Shown here piece by piece: positions 17,145-26,300 of a stretch of DNA of 32,000 nucleotides. How positions within the stretch are numbered: position 1 is the first letter of the stretch; every line of letters starts with the position of its first letter. The notes under the pieces are model-generated. The model made no database searches. It worked only from the letters and a program-made list of their open reading frames with translations, and had not been told where the DNA came from. This stretch comes from Nanobdellota archaeon. GTDB lineage: Archaea; Nanobdellota; Nanobdellia; Pacearchaeales; GW2011-AR1. The position numbers and the translations under genes are program-made. Location: assembly GCA_030641715.1 (NCBI GenBank), contig DAOWGX010000010.1, positions 1,819-33,818 of the forward strand, in the 5' to 3' direction.

Positions 17145-17654
17145 ATGAAAATCCATGATTTAATAGAAGAACTAGAAGACAGCACAGACTACAAGAAATT
17201 CAAATCAGAAAACCCCTCATCATTTTTCGCAGCAGGATTTTTTATTATAAACACGAAAACAAAGACCAAAGAAATACAACTCGACTTCTTTCTTCCAGAA
17301 CAAGGTAGAATCACAGCTTTTGAATATCCATTCAAAGAACCAAAAATCTTCGACGAGAAGATAAAACCCATACAACCCCAAACAACAGAAATAAAAATAG
17401 ATATAGATGATCTCGAATCTACTTGTAAAAAAATTATCACAGAAAACAACTCTCCAATTATTTTCACGAAAATAATAGCAATTCTAAGAGACAATCAATG
17501 GAATCTGACTTGCATGGATGACATGCTTGGGATAGTTCGGATAAAACTCGATGCAATAACAGGAGAACTGATTGATTTTAACAAGGGAAGTCTTATGGAT
17601 TTTATGGGGATTAAGAAAAAATCAGAAGTACACAAAACAGCGAATAGAGATTAA
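17145..17654 (+). CDS. Hypothetical protein (169 aa)
   Basis: Clean ORF with no motif recognised. Upstream hairpin GAGAGAT-TTTATAAC-ATCTCTC (17087-17108) carries a TATA-like loop. Confidence 0.5.
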   Translation: MKIHDLIEELEDSTDYKKFKSENPSSFFAAGFFIINTKTKTKEIQLDFFLPEQGRITAFEYPFKEPKIFDEKIKPIQPQTTEIKIDIDDLESTCKKIITENNSPIIFTKIIAILRDNQWNLTCMDDMLGIVRIKLDAITGELIDFNKGSLMDFMGIKKKSEVHKTANRD

Positions 17655-17669
17655 AGAAGTATTGTTTTT

Positions 17670-17712
17670 ATCTTCTATTAGAAGATTATCAATAGTTTAT
17701 TATTGATAATCT
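17670..17712. terminator. Two overlapping hairpins between convergent genes
   Basis: ATCTTCT-ATT-AGAAGAT (17670-17686) and a perfect 12-bp stem AGATTATCAATA-GTTTAT-TATTGATAATCT (17683-17712). A T5 run precedes them at 17665-17669. A terminator role is inferred. Confidence 0.35.
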
Positions 17713-17739
17713 TATGTTAAATACAATTGGTTCTGGGAA

Positions 17740-18153
17740 CTATTCATTCAACAAGTAAACCTCCTCAAGAATTTCATAGAATCCATTAATGAGATTCTGC
17801 ATAGCATAGCACTCTTTAGGTGTAATCCATTTATAATCTAGGTGTTCTTTGGGATTTAATTTCACTTCAGGAAATCCTGAAACTTTTAGTCTAAATGTCC
17901 TAAAGATAATTGATTCATTTTTAATATTCCAATTAAATGTTTTAATCAGTTCTAGAGTTGATGCCTCGGTAATAAATCCCACTTCTTCTCGGAGTTCTCG
18001 TTTCATAGCGATAAGATGTAACTCCCCGGGCTTTAATCTACCACCAGGGATATCCCAATTACCCCCTAAGTAATTATCATATTTCCTTTGTAAAATAAGA
18101 ATTTTACCATCACATTCAACAAGAGCACCAACAGCATCAGTGACTTCAACCAT
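17740..18153 (-). CDS. Nudix hydrolase
   Basis: Canonical Nudix box GGRLKPGELHLIAMKRELREEVGF (Gx5Ex7REUxEExGU). Confidence 0.85.
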   Translation of the reverse strand: MVEVTDAVGALVECDGKILILQRKYDNYLGGNWDIPGGRLKPGELHLIAMKRELREEVGFITEASTLELIKTFNWNIKNESIIFRTFRLKVSGFPEVKLNPKEHLDYKWITPKECYAMQNLINGFYEILEEVYLLNE

Positions 18154-18310
18154 GAACAGTTAAAAGGAAATTTACTTAACTACTTATCTATCCCAGAACC
18201 AACTTCTCCTTCCCTTTGGTCAGACGAATATAACCGCGATTAAAAGATTCCGAAGCCTTGCAAACTTCTCCACTCAAACTTCATTTCGCGAACTTCCCTT
18301 AATCCCGATA

Positions 18311-18934
18311 TCAAAAACCACCCTTCCGAACAACCAAACTAATATTCCTATCCTCTTCCGAACCCACAATCTCAAACCCAGCATCCTCAACCTCTCGCTC
18401 AATCTCGCCCTTATCATAAATATAAGTATACCTATTCTCAATCCCCGCAGAAGTCCACGGAATAAAAGTCTCTTTCGGTTTATTCTTCAGCCTCGGTGAA
18501 TTCTTAGACCAAACCATAATCAAAGCCTCAGCACCCGGTTTCAACACACGATACAACTCACGAATCATCTTCTGCCTCGCTTTCCCCGTCGGAACACAAT
18601 GCAAAACAGCGATACAAATTCCACTATCAAAAAAATCGTCCTCGATAGGAATCTCATTAGAACTAGAATGAAACGTCTTAATCTCCAACCCAAGATTCCC
18701 CGCCTTCTCCCTCGCAAACCCCAACATCCTCCTCGAGAAATCAACCGCATAAACTTTCAAACCCTTCGGAAAAGAAGAAAAATTTCTCCCACTCCCACAA
18801 CCCCAATCAACAACTTTCCCTTTACGCCCCTCCAAAAAATTTCCAACCTCGAGACTAGATTTATTCTTATACTCATTCCACACTGGAGCAATCGTATCCC
18901 AAACTTTTTCTTGATTCATATAACCCTCAAACAT
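18311..18934 (-). CDS. Class I SAM-dependent methyltransferase
   Basis: VVDWGCGSGRN motif I and LKPGAEALIMVW post-motif. The start could be ATG 18934 or ATG 18919. The first of these overlaps the elp3 TATA-like box. Confidence 0.8.
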   Translation of the reverse strand: MFEGYMNQEKVWDTIAPVWNEYKNKSSLEVGNFLEGRKGKVVDWGCGSGRNFSSFPKGLKVYAVDFSRRMLGFAREKAGNLGLEIKTFHSSSNEIPIEDDFFDSGICIAVLHCVPTGKARQKMIRELYRVLKPGAEALIMVWSKNSPRLKNKPKETFIPWTSAGIENRYTYIYDKGEIEREVEDAGFEIVGSEEDRNISLVVRKGGF

Positions 18935-18960
18935 TTAAACCTTAAATCACTTTCCATTTT

Positions 18961-20370
18961 ATGAAATCTCCGCGTAAACCAACAAAAACAATCTCAGGCG
19001 TAGCCCCCCTAGCTGTGATGCTCCCTCCGAGAAAATGCGACCACGGCACCTGCCTCTATTGCCCATCCCTAAACGCCCCGCAATCCTACACTCCAGAATC
19101 CCCCGCAGTCCTCCGAGCAAAACAATGCAACTACGACCCTATTAAACAAATCAAAGCCCGATTAAAAGCCTTCGAAGTAATGGGGCACCCAACAGACAAA
19201 ATCGAGCTAATCATCATGGGAGGGACATTTCTGTCTTACCCTAAAGAATTCCAATTCGATTTCATAAAAAAATGTTACGATGCACTAAACCACAAAAAAG
19301 GGTCTGCCCCAACCAATAATAAAAATAAATCTGTGAGGGTAGCAAAATCGTTATCCGAAGCCAAAAAAATAAACGAAAAAACAAAACACCGATGCACAGC
19401 ACTTTGCATAGAAACACGTCCAGACGTTTGCACCGATGAAAATATTAACGATATGCTTGAATGGGGAGCAACACGAGTCGAACTAGGGGTCCAGGCTATC
19501 GACGATGAAATCTATAAAAAAGTAAACAGATGCCACACCGTTCAAGATGTAATCGACGCAACAGCAAGACTAAAAAAAGCAGGATTCAAAATCGGTTACC
19601 ACTTAATGCCCGGTATACCAGGTTCTAACCCAAAAAAAGATATCAAGATGTTTAAAAAAATATTCTCTTCAAAAAATTTCAAACCAGACCAAATAAAAAT
19701 CTACCCTTGCCAAGTTCTGAAAGGAGCAGGAATCGAAAACTTATACTATGGCGGAGAATACATCCCCTACACAAAACAACAAGCTACAAAAATCATAATC
19801 CAGATGTTAAAACTAACTCCGCGATACTGCCGAATCATGCGAATCATGCGGGAAATCCCTCCGAACTACCTCGTTGCCGGAATCAAAAACATCGATCTCA
19901 GAAAAGACATCGAAGAAAAAATCAGGACTAAAAAGATAAAAGTTGACGAAATAAGATTCAGAGAAATTGGTTTTGCACTAAGAGATAAAAGAAAAATTAA
20001 TTCAGAATTAAAACTCAAAATAACAAAATATAAAGCATCCAAAGGAACCGAATTCTTCATTGAAGCAATCAACAAAGACAACATCCTCTTCGGACTTCTT
20101 CGTCTTCGCCTCGACAAAAAAATAGCAACAGTTAGAGAACTTCACATTTACGGCCCAACCTTAAAACTAAACGAAAAAGCAAACAACGCATGGCAACATA
20201 AAGGCTTAGGAAAATTACTAATACAAGAAGCAGAAAAAATTGTAAAGAAGAAAAGTTACAAAAAAATCCGAGTAATCTCGGGGATTGGCGTAAGAGAATA
20301 CTATAAAAAACTAGGCTATAAATTAGATGAAAAGAAAATCTACGTCGAGAAATACTTATCTTTAATATAA
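18961..20370 (+). CDS. elp3: Elp3-type radical SAM / GNAT tRNA-modification enzyme
   Basis: SGVAPLAVML..CDHGTCLYCP radical-SAM cluster motif, IIMGGTF, ETRPD, and a C-terminal GNAT domain (VRELHIYG...QHKGLGKLL). An ATTTAAAC box lies 24.5 nt upstream. The gene contains repeat copy C, and its 3' end is duplicated at 21297-21338. Confidence 0.9.
   Translation: MKSPRKPTKTISGVAPLAVMLPPRKCDHGTCLYCPSLNAPQSYTPESPAVLRAKQCNYDPIKQIKARLKAFEVMGHPTDKIELIIMGGTFLSYPKEFQFDFIKKCYDALNHKKGSAPTNNKNKSVRVAKSLSEAKKINEKTKHRCTALCIETRPDVCTDENINDMLEWGATRVELGVQAIDDEIYKKVNRCHTVQDVIDATARLKKAGFKIGYHLMPGIPGSNPKKDIKMFKKIFSSKNFKPDQIKIYPCQVLKGAGIENLYYGGEYIPYTKQQATKIIIQMLKLTPRYCRIMRIMREIPPNYLVAGIKNIDLRKDIEEKIRTKKIKVDEIRFREIGFALRDKRKINSELKLKITKYKASKGTEFFIEAINKDNILFGLLRLRLDKKIATVRELHIYGPTLKLNEKANNAWQHKGLGKLLIQEAEKIVKKKSYKKIRVISGIGVREYYKKLGYKLDEKKIYVEKYLSLI
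19306..19339 (+). repeat. Bipartite repeat copy C (GCCCCAACC-N17-TGTGAGGG) inside elp3
   Basis: The G of GCCCC is at codon position 1, a different frame from copies A and B. It encodes part of GSAPTNNKNKSVRV. Confidence 0.75.
20320..20359 (+). repeat. Left 40-nt direct repeat (current elp3 3' end)
   Basis: 33/40 identical to 21297-21336, with a perfect 18-nt core AAAATCTACGTCGAGAAA (20335-20352 versus 21312-21329). The offset is exactly 977 nt. Confidence 0.8.
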
Positions 20371-21248
20371 CTAACAAACTGCTTCTCATTTTTCTCAATC
20401 TGATAATAATCTAAGGCATCATAATAATTCTCCAAATCCCCTACAGGAATGTCAATCAAAGGATAACCCCGTTTCCACAAAACCCAATTCATCAAAAGTC
20501 TAGCTAACCTCGAATTTCCGTCCGCAAAAATTTGCATAGAAATTAATCTTAAATGAATTAACGAGGCAAGTTCCAATGGATGCAATTTTCGATTATTGCC
20601 TTTATACCAACAAAAAAATTCCTTAATTTCTTTTTCTAATTCATTCCACTTCGGAGGAACATAAGTCGTCCCCGCAATCTTAACATTTCGTTTCAACTCA
20701 CTCCGAAGTTTCCCGGCAATCTCATTATCTACCCCGTGCATCAAAATCCTATGCAGTTTTTTTATAAAATTCAAATCAAACACTCCTCGATACTTAGTAA
20801 TCATCATAAAACCTTCCTCATGATTCTCAATCTCCTTAGCTGTTCTCAAATTCTTGAATTCTTTCGGAATAATTCCCTCATGTAAAATAAGAAAGGTCTG
20901 TCTTAAAGTTACATCAACCCCTGAAAGCTTAGAACTATCATAGGTATACCTTATCATAAACTCCTCCAAGTTTTTTTCTCTCTCGCCCTCGCTTAATTTT
21001 CCTATCTCCCTAATATATTTTAGTTTCTTATCTTCTATTTTCTCCAACTCTTCACAAGAAAAATATTTAGTTCCCTTTTGTTTAATCTCTTCTAAAAATT
21101 CTTTCCTTATCTTTTCAAGTTCTCTCTTCGGAGGAATTGTTTTACCTATATATTTCTTTTTTTGTTTAATTCTACCACCATCCCGGATAGAATGGATTAA
21201 TACCCAATACTCTTTTCCCGAAACTTTAATTTTTCTAAGCGTCGCCAT
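20340..21248 (-). CDS. Fic-domain protein with degenerate active-site motif
   Basis: QIFADGNSRLAR aligns to HPFx(D/E)GNGRxxR with His replaced by Gln. SSKLSG lies where the inhibitory (S/T)xxxE(G/N) motif is expected, with Glu replaced by Ser. The 3' end overlaps elp3 by 31 nt. Confidence 0.75.
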   Translation of the reverse strand: MATLRKIKVSGKEYWVLIHSIRDGGRIKQKKKYIGKTIPPKRELEKIRKEFLEEIKQKGTKYFSCEELEKIEDKKLKYIREIGKLSEGEREKNLEEFMIRYTYDSSKLSGVDVTLRQTFLILHEGIIPKEFKNLRTAKEIENHEEGFMMITKYRGVFDLNFIKKLHRILMHGVDNEIAGKLRSELKRNVKIAGTTYVPPKWNELEKEIKEFFCWYKGNNRKLHPLELASLIHLRLISMQIFADGNSRLARLLMNWVLWKRGYPLIDIPVGDLENYYDALDYYQIEKNEKQFVSYIKDKYFST

Positions 21249-21270
21249 GTAAAGATTATGTACTACACTT

Positions 21271-21278
21271 ATTTAAAT
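21271..21278 (-). promoter_or_regulatory. TATA box (ATTTAAAT) for Fic gene 1
   Basis: Box centre is 26.5 nt upstream of ATG 21248. It lies inside the cassette. Confidence 0.5.
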
Positions 21279-21296
21279 GTTTTGTTTATGCACCAC

Positions 21297-21336
21297 AAAT
21301 TAGACAAACGAAAAATCTACGTCGAGAAAAAATTAT
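21297..21336 (+). repeat. Right 40-nt direct repeat (relic elp3 3' end)
   Basis: Reads KLDKRKIYVEKKL followed by TAA (21336-21338), compared with KLDEKKIYVEKYLSLI in the live gene. Confidence 0.8.
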
Positions 21337-21433
21337 AACAAGGAACTTTAAAACAACCTTTTTAAATTTAATCCTAAATTTAATCTTACATAAAAATTTA
21401 TAAAGTTTAGTCACTTAGAAGTAATAGTGTAAT

Positions 21434-21868
21434 ATGGAAATTCGAAGATATACAAAAGAGGATAAGGAAGAAATTACCAAGATGGTTTCTGAAATTCTTA
21501 GAGAAATGTTTAATGGAAACCCTGAAGAATTTAAAATATTAAAAGAATTCAACGTGACCAAAGACTACATCTATTATCTCGTCGTCGTTATCGGCAAGAA
21601 AATCGTCGGCGTCGGTGCCTTGAAAAAATTAAAGGATAGAAAAGTAAGAATAAAAAGATTATATGTAATGGAAGACTATCGTCGAAGAGGAATTGCGCAA
21701 AAAATCCTAAATCAACTAATTCGATTCGCAAGAGAACAGAACTTTAAGCAGATTCTTTTCAACACGTACCCTACAATGGAACATGCAAGGCGGTTTCATA
21801 AAAGAAATGGATTCGTAGAAATAATAAGCAACGACCCCTATCAGATACACCTGGCTAAAAAACTATAA
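21434..21868 (+). CDS. GNAT-family N-acetyltransferase
   Basis: Acetyl-CoA motif A, RRRGIAQKILNQL, in a 144-aa single-domain protein. A TTTATAAA box (21397-21404) lies about 33 nt upstream. Confidence 0.8.
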   Translation: MEIRRYTKEDKEEITKMVSEILREMFNGNPEEFKILKEFNVTKDYIYYLVVVIGKKIVGVGALKKLKDRKVRIKRLYVMEDYRRRGIAQKILNQLIRFAREQNFKQILFNTYPTMEHARRFHKRNGFVEIISNDPYQIHLAKKL

Positions 21869-21890
21869 CTTCTTGCGATAAATAAAAACA

Positions 21891-21898
21891 TTTAAATA
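21891..21898 (+). promoter_or_regulatory. TATA box (TTTAAATA) for the RHH gene, followed by palindrome CATTAC-AATA-GTAATG
   Basis: Box centre is 26.5 nt upstream of ATG 21921. The palindrome at 21904-21919 lies between the box and the start, a plausible autoregulatory operator. Confidence 0.45.
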
Positions 21899-21920
21899 AT
21901 AAGCATTACAATAGTAATGT

Positions 21921-22169
21921 ATGACAATGGAAACAATGCAAATAAGAATGGGACAAGGATTAATTCAAAGGGTTGATAAATTAGTCAAAACAGGAATTTA
22001 CACAAATCGTTCTGATGCAATACGCGACGCTGTAAGACGACTTGTTTTAAGCGAATTAATCGGAATTATACCAAATAAAGAAAACTCTGTTAAGCAAGTA
22101 AGAACTATAAGGAGAAAGTTATCAAAAGAAAAATTCGATTTAGAAAAAATAAACAAATTAGCCGATTAA
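21921..22169 (+). CDS. Ribbon-helix-helix (CopG/NikR-N-like) DNA-binding protein
   Basis: IRMGQGLIQRVDKLVKTGIYTNRSDAIRDAVRRLV fits the RHH strand-helix-helix pattern. Confidence 0.7.
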   Translation: MTMETMQIRMGQGLIQRVDKLVKTGIYTNRSDAIRDAVRRLVLSELIGIIPNKENSVKQVRTIRRKLSKEKFDLEKINKLAD

Positions 22170-22592
22170 CTTTTCAGGAAAATCAACATTAATTCTACCT
22201 TTGGAAAATTTCAATAAATCTTTATCTCTCGTTACAAAAACACATCCCAATCTTTTTACAACAGCCACATGCAAATAATCATAAAAACTAATTTTTGAAT
22301 CGTCCTCAATCTCAAACTTTCTCGCTAAATTATAGTCTTCGTTCTTAGTTTTAATAATTCTAACAAAATTCATCTGCTTAAAATAATCCACAGCCATTTG
22401 AAATTTATCGCCTAAAATATATTGTAGTTCCTTTAAAACAATAGTAGAAACATAAATTTGACTACCAAATTTTTCAATGTTCTCAATAAAATCTAATGCA
22501 ATTTTCCAGTAAGGCACTCCTTTCGACGCATCACCTTCCTTTTGAAATAAATTAAGCCAAATACATGAATCAAGATAATAAACTATCCCCAT
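22158..22592 (-). CDS. PIN-domain (VapC-like) nuclease
   Basis: N-terminal YYLDSCIWLNL (Asp), central KELQY (Glu) and C-terminal FVTRDKDL (Asp). It is convergent with the RHH gene and overlaps it by 12 nt. Confidence 0.7.
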   Translation of the reverse strand: MGIVYYLDSCIWLNLFQKEGDASKGVPYWKIALDFIENIEKFGSQIYVSTIVLKELQYILGDKFQMAVDYFKQMNFVRIIKTKNEDYNLARKFEIEDDSKISFYDYLHVAVVKRLGCVFVTRDKDLLKFSKGRINVDFPEKLIG

Positions 22593-22614
22593 TAATTTTG
22601 AAAAAGATTAATCT

Positions 22615-22622
22615 TAATAAAT
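22615..22622 (-). promoter_or_regulatory. TATA-like box (TTTATTAA on minus strand) for the PIN gene
   Basis: Box centre is 26.5 nt upstream of ATG 22592. Confidence 0.4.
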
Positions 22623-22627
22623 CTACC

Positions 22628-23299
22628 TCACTTCCCCTTCTTCCGAATCCTAATCGCCACAAATCCCCCAAGAGCCAAGAGAACGAAAACACCAATCATA
22701 ACCCCACCAGCAATTCCTACCGCACCCGTCACCGCACCAGTTATCATCGAGAAAAACCCTTTACCATCATCAACAACCTCTACATCAACATTAAGTAAAG
22801 TCATACCATCATCCCCACTATCTCCAGATGAACTATTTGACGAATCAGAAGAAGAACTGCTACTTGAACTTGATGAACTACTACTACTTGAAGAAGAACT
22901 GCTACCTCCACCACCAGAACTACCCCCTCCATCATCAACAACTCCTCCTCCCGAACTCAGCGGAAAAACGACCTCCTTCAAAGCCCTACTACCCTCATTA
23001 CCACCCTTATCGACGGCACTAACCCCAAACACATACGTTCCATCAGCCAACACACTTCCAAAATATCCAAGAGAAAAAGAACTCCCAATCAAAACATCGT
23101 CGAGATAAACATTATAATATTCAACACCACTACAATCAGGTTCATCAACAGCCTCGTCCCAACTCAATACAACGTTCCCAGAGACAATAAGCCCCTCAGG
23201 AGCCTCAGGAGCCTGTGTATCAATACAAATATCCCAAGCCGAGACAAATCCTACCAAACAGAACACTGCCAATAAACAACTAAAAAATTTACTATTCAT
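22628..23299 (-). CDS. Surface protein: signal peptide, FN3-like domain, Gly/Ser-rich stalk, C-terminal TM anchor
   Basis: APEAPEGL..LSWDEA...YYNVY...DGTYVFGVSAVDKGGNE is FN3-like. It is followed by a poly-Ser tract and a hydrophobic C-terminus ending RIRKKGK. The gene starts 4 nt after the stop of the giant gene. Confidence 0.7.
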   Translation of the reverse strand: MNSKFFSCLLAVFCLVGFVSAWDICIDTQAPEAPEGLIVSGNVVLSWDEAVDEPDCSGVEYYNVYLDDVLIGSSFSLGYFGSVLADGTYVFGVSAVDKGGNEGSRALKEVVFPLSSGGGVVDDGGGSSGGGGSSSSSSSSSSSSSSSSSSSDSSNSSSGDSGDDGMTLLNVDVEVVDDGKGFFSMITGAVTGAVGIAGGVMIGVFVLLALGGFVAIRIRKKGK

Positions 23300-23303
23300 T
23301 TTA

Positions 23304-26300
23304 TTAAATAAAAACTGGATTAGAATTTCCTTGTGTCAGACTTGTAAATATGTAAAAATCGGCACTATCTACATCTGTATCTTGCCCGTCGGGAGAACGT
23401 CCTGTTGAATTCGCCCCATAAGGAACAGGCGCATCAAAAGCCCCAGTACCATAAGTAACCTCATCAATGATAAATCCATAACTATCTATTAATTTAATTG
23501 CATCCCCTCCCTGATTAAGCCTATTTGAAACATCAACCACGACGAATCCTCCGACAGCAATGGAACCACTTAAAGACTCCATTTCAGAACCACTATCATT
23601 CAATCTCCATCCACTCAAATCAACACTACTACTTCCATTATTATACAATTCAACCCAATCATTACCACTCACAGGATTAGCAACAAACTCATTTATTTTA
23701 ATAAGACTACTACAGCCACCACCGCCAGACGAATTACTCTGACCTTGCTCATGACAAATACACCCGCCACAAGAGAAACCTTCCCCACAATCCCCATCAT
23801 CTTCACAATCTTCCCCTTCCTCAACATAACCATTCCCACAAACAGACTCCTCATCATCATCCTCTGAACTATAACAACCTCTATCCTCCGAAGAATCAAC
23901 ATCCCCATCCAAATCATTATCAATCCCATCATCACACGCGAACCTTAATTCTTCTTCCGCATCCAAAATAGACTTACAATGATGCTTATTCCTATCCGTA
24001 TCTAACCAACCTAAACCATCATTACAACCCGAATCCTCACAAGGCTCGTACAAATTATCACACGCGTACGCCCCTAAATAATACGTTCCTTTGTCTCCTG
24101 TAATCCCATGCTCTGTCAAATTAACCGTATCCGCATACAATCCATTCGCCTGTTTCGTCAAAGCTATCCAACCAGTATCTTCACAAGTCCCAAAAATACA
24201 CCAGATATTCCAGAACCCTGGTGATTCACTATTTATTCTAAACATCACAGTCTCATCTGCAATAGGCGACTGACTATCCTCCACATTCAAAGAAACCGGA
24301 AACATGATTCCGTAAACTTCTTCTTCAGCAGGACTCACAACACTCATCGTCGGTCTTGTATTATCTACTATCATCGGGACTACTACACTTCCAATATTAA
24401 ACTTCTCATCCCTTGCAATAATCTTCAACAAATAATCTCCCGACTCCAATCCATCCGAAAGAGGTTTATTAATTCTACAAGAATCAAAATCTACCTTAGT
24501 TCCTTCAAGGTCGGCCACTCCAACATATCCTCCTAATTCTCCTAATCCATCAGTATAATACACCTCTGCCCAACAACCATCAAATCCAGAAGCATACTCA
24601 ATCACTTCTGCCTCGATAAACACATTATCCCCATCACCACTACTTGTTAAAGGTCCGGGCAAGTTACTACCAATAACAGAAACCAACGGACCATCATTAT
24701 CAATATTCATAGTGATCGGACTAAACCATGGATTAAGTGCAAGTTGCAAGTGATAACCGAACAACTCGTTCCCCTGATTCCCAGCCTTATCAACATAATC
24801 AATTCCCAAAAACACCGTATCAGTCATCTCAATATACCCCAGATCTCCTTCTTCAGGCAAAGCGACAGTTCCCTTACAAACACCATCCTCATATGGAACC
24901 TGTCCCAAGTAAACTACATTTGGATTAGCCCCAACTTGCTGGAAGTAAGTCCACAAATCCCTATAACATTCCTTAATCTCATCCTGGTTCATTCCCTCAA
25001 AGTCATAATCAATAGCATACAAATCACAATAATCAACTCCCGAAGCTGGACAATCGTCTTCATATCCGTAATAACACATTGAGCAACTATCCCCACCGAA
25101 ATCTACAGCAGGAGCATAAACCTGGAAAGGAACACCATCCCTATAATAATTACCAGCATGAGGGTTCAAAACCACACCCATAGGAGGCACGTTATCAACA
25201 ATAATCTCAAGACCATTAGTCTGCTCACCGACATTGCCCAACAAATCAATACCATAAACCTCAAATCTCCACCAACCGCAATCTCCACCACATTCCCTAA
25301 TCTCATCTCCATTCTTTACAACACAATAAGCATTCTCACTAGGATCCCAAACCAATCCAGGATCATCCAACCCAATAAACTGATACCATACTTCCAAAAT
25401 ACCAACACCAGCGTCGCCAGTCTCCTTCAAATCAACAACCTCAGCACAAAGCTTAATCGTATCATCACTAGTTATAGCAATCACAACCTCATCTCCAACA
25501 CTTCCACCCTTGATAATTTCTCCATCATTAACTCTAGCAAACTTTCGAGTAACATTAGGTCCCTGCGTATCCACTACATCAAGTTCACTTCTGACTGCTT
25601 CCTCATTCCCAAAATTATCAACACAATACCATTCAAGAGTATGGTTCGAGTCTTCACCGAAAGTTATAGGGTTTCCATAAACCATCCAATCACCAAACCC
25701 TTCTCCATCCAAATCATATCTCCAAAAGATTTCATCAACGCCACTTGGGTGGGGGCCAATATCCTCACAAAATAATGAGATTCCAGTTCCCTGAGTAATC
25801 CAATAATCACAAATCTCTTCTTGCGGGTTACAGTCAGGGTCAATCAAAATACTTGGCTCACCTATTTCTTTCCAGCTCTCTGGAGGAGTTAAATCAACAG
25901 CATCAAGCTCAAAAGTATGTTCTTCCTCATTCCCAAGAGCATCAACACACCAGTATTCAATCATATGATAAGATGATTCACTAAAAGTTATCGGAGATCC
26001 ATCATAAATAATATTTTCAGACCAGTCAGTCCACACTTCACCAAATTCACTATATTTCCATCTCCAGTACATAGTCACATCATTTACTGGATGCGGGTCA
26101 ACATCATTACAATCAAATGTAATTTCCGTGCTCCCATTAACTAACCATCCCTCATCATAATAAATATCTAATTGCTCAAGCAACGGTATTTTCGGCTCTC
26201 CAACAGTCTTAACAGTTTCAGGTGCCTGAGTATCCACAAAAATACACTGCCTATTAACTACTTCTGTTTTCTCAACATTATCAACACTATAATACTCAAT

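Larger units (their letters stand above)
20320..21336. mobile_element. Candidate insertion cassette carrying only a Fic gene, bounded by a duplicated elp3 3' end
   Basis: The direct repeats bracket one gene with its own TATA box. The right repeat still encodes an in-frame alternative elp3 C-terminus (KLDKRKIYVEKKL-stop). No integrase or transposase is seen. Confidence 0.4.

Noticed and set aside
18154-18310. 157-nt C-rich non-coding spacer, scanned by eye for a tRNA or other structured RNA.
   Set aside because: I could build no cloverleaf or long helix, only short incidental pairings. It is possibly decayed coding sequence.
18565-18964. ORFs 18599-18964 (+) and 18565-18750 (-) overlapping the methyltransferase gene.
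   Set aside because: These are alternative-frame or antisense shadows of a gene with clear SAM-MTase motifs. Their products are Arg/Pro-rich low complexity.
19300-19345. Bulge-helix-bulge archaeal intron interpretation of the elp3 repeat copy.
   Set aside because: Hand folding gives a 6-bp helix, a 2x2 internal loop and two more pairs. It does not give the 3-nt bulge / 4-bp helix / 3-nt bulge geometry. The idea is kept only as something RT-PCR could exclude.
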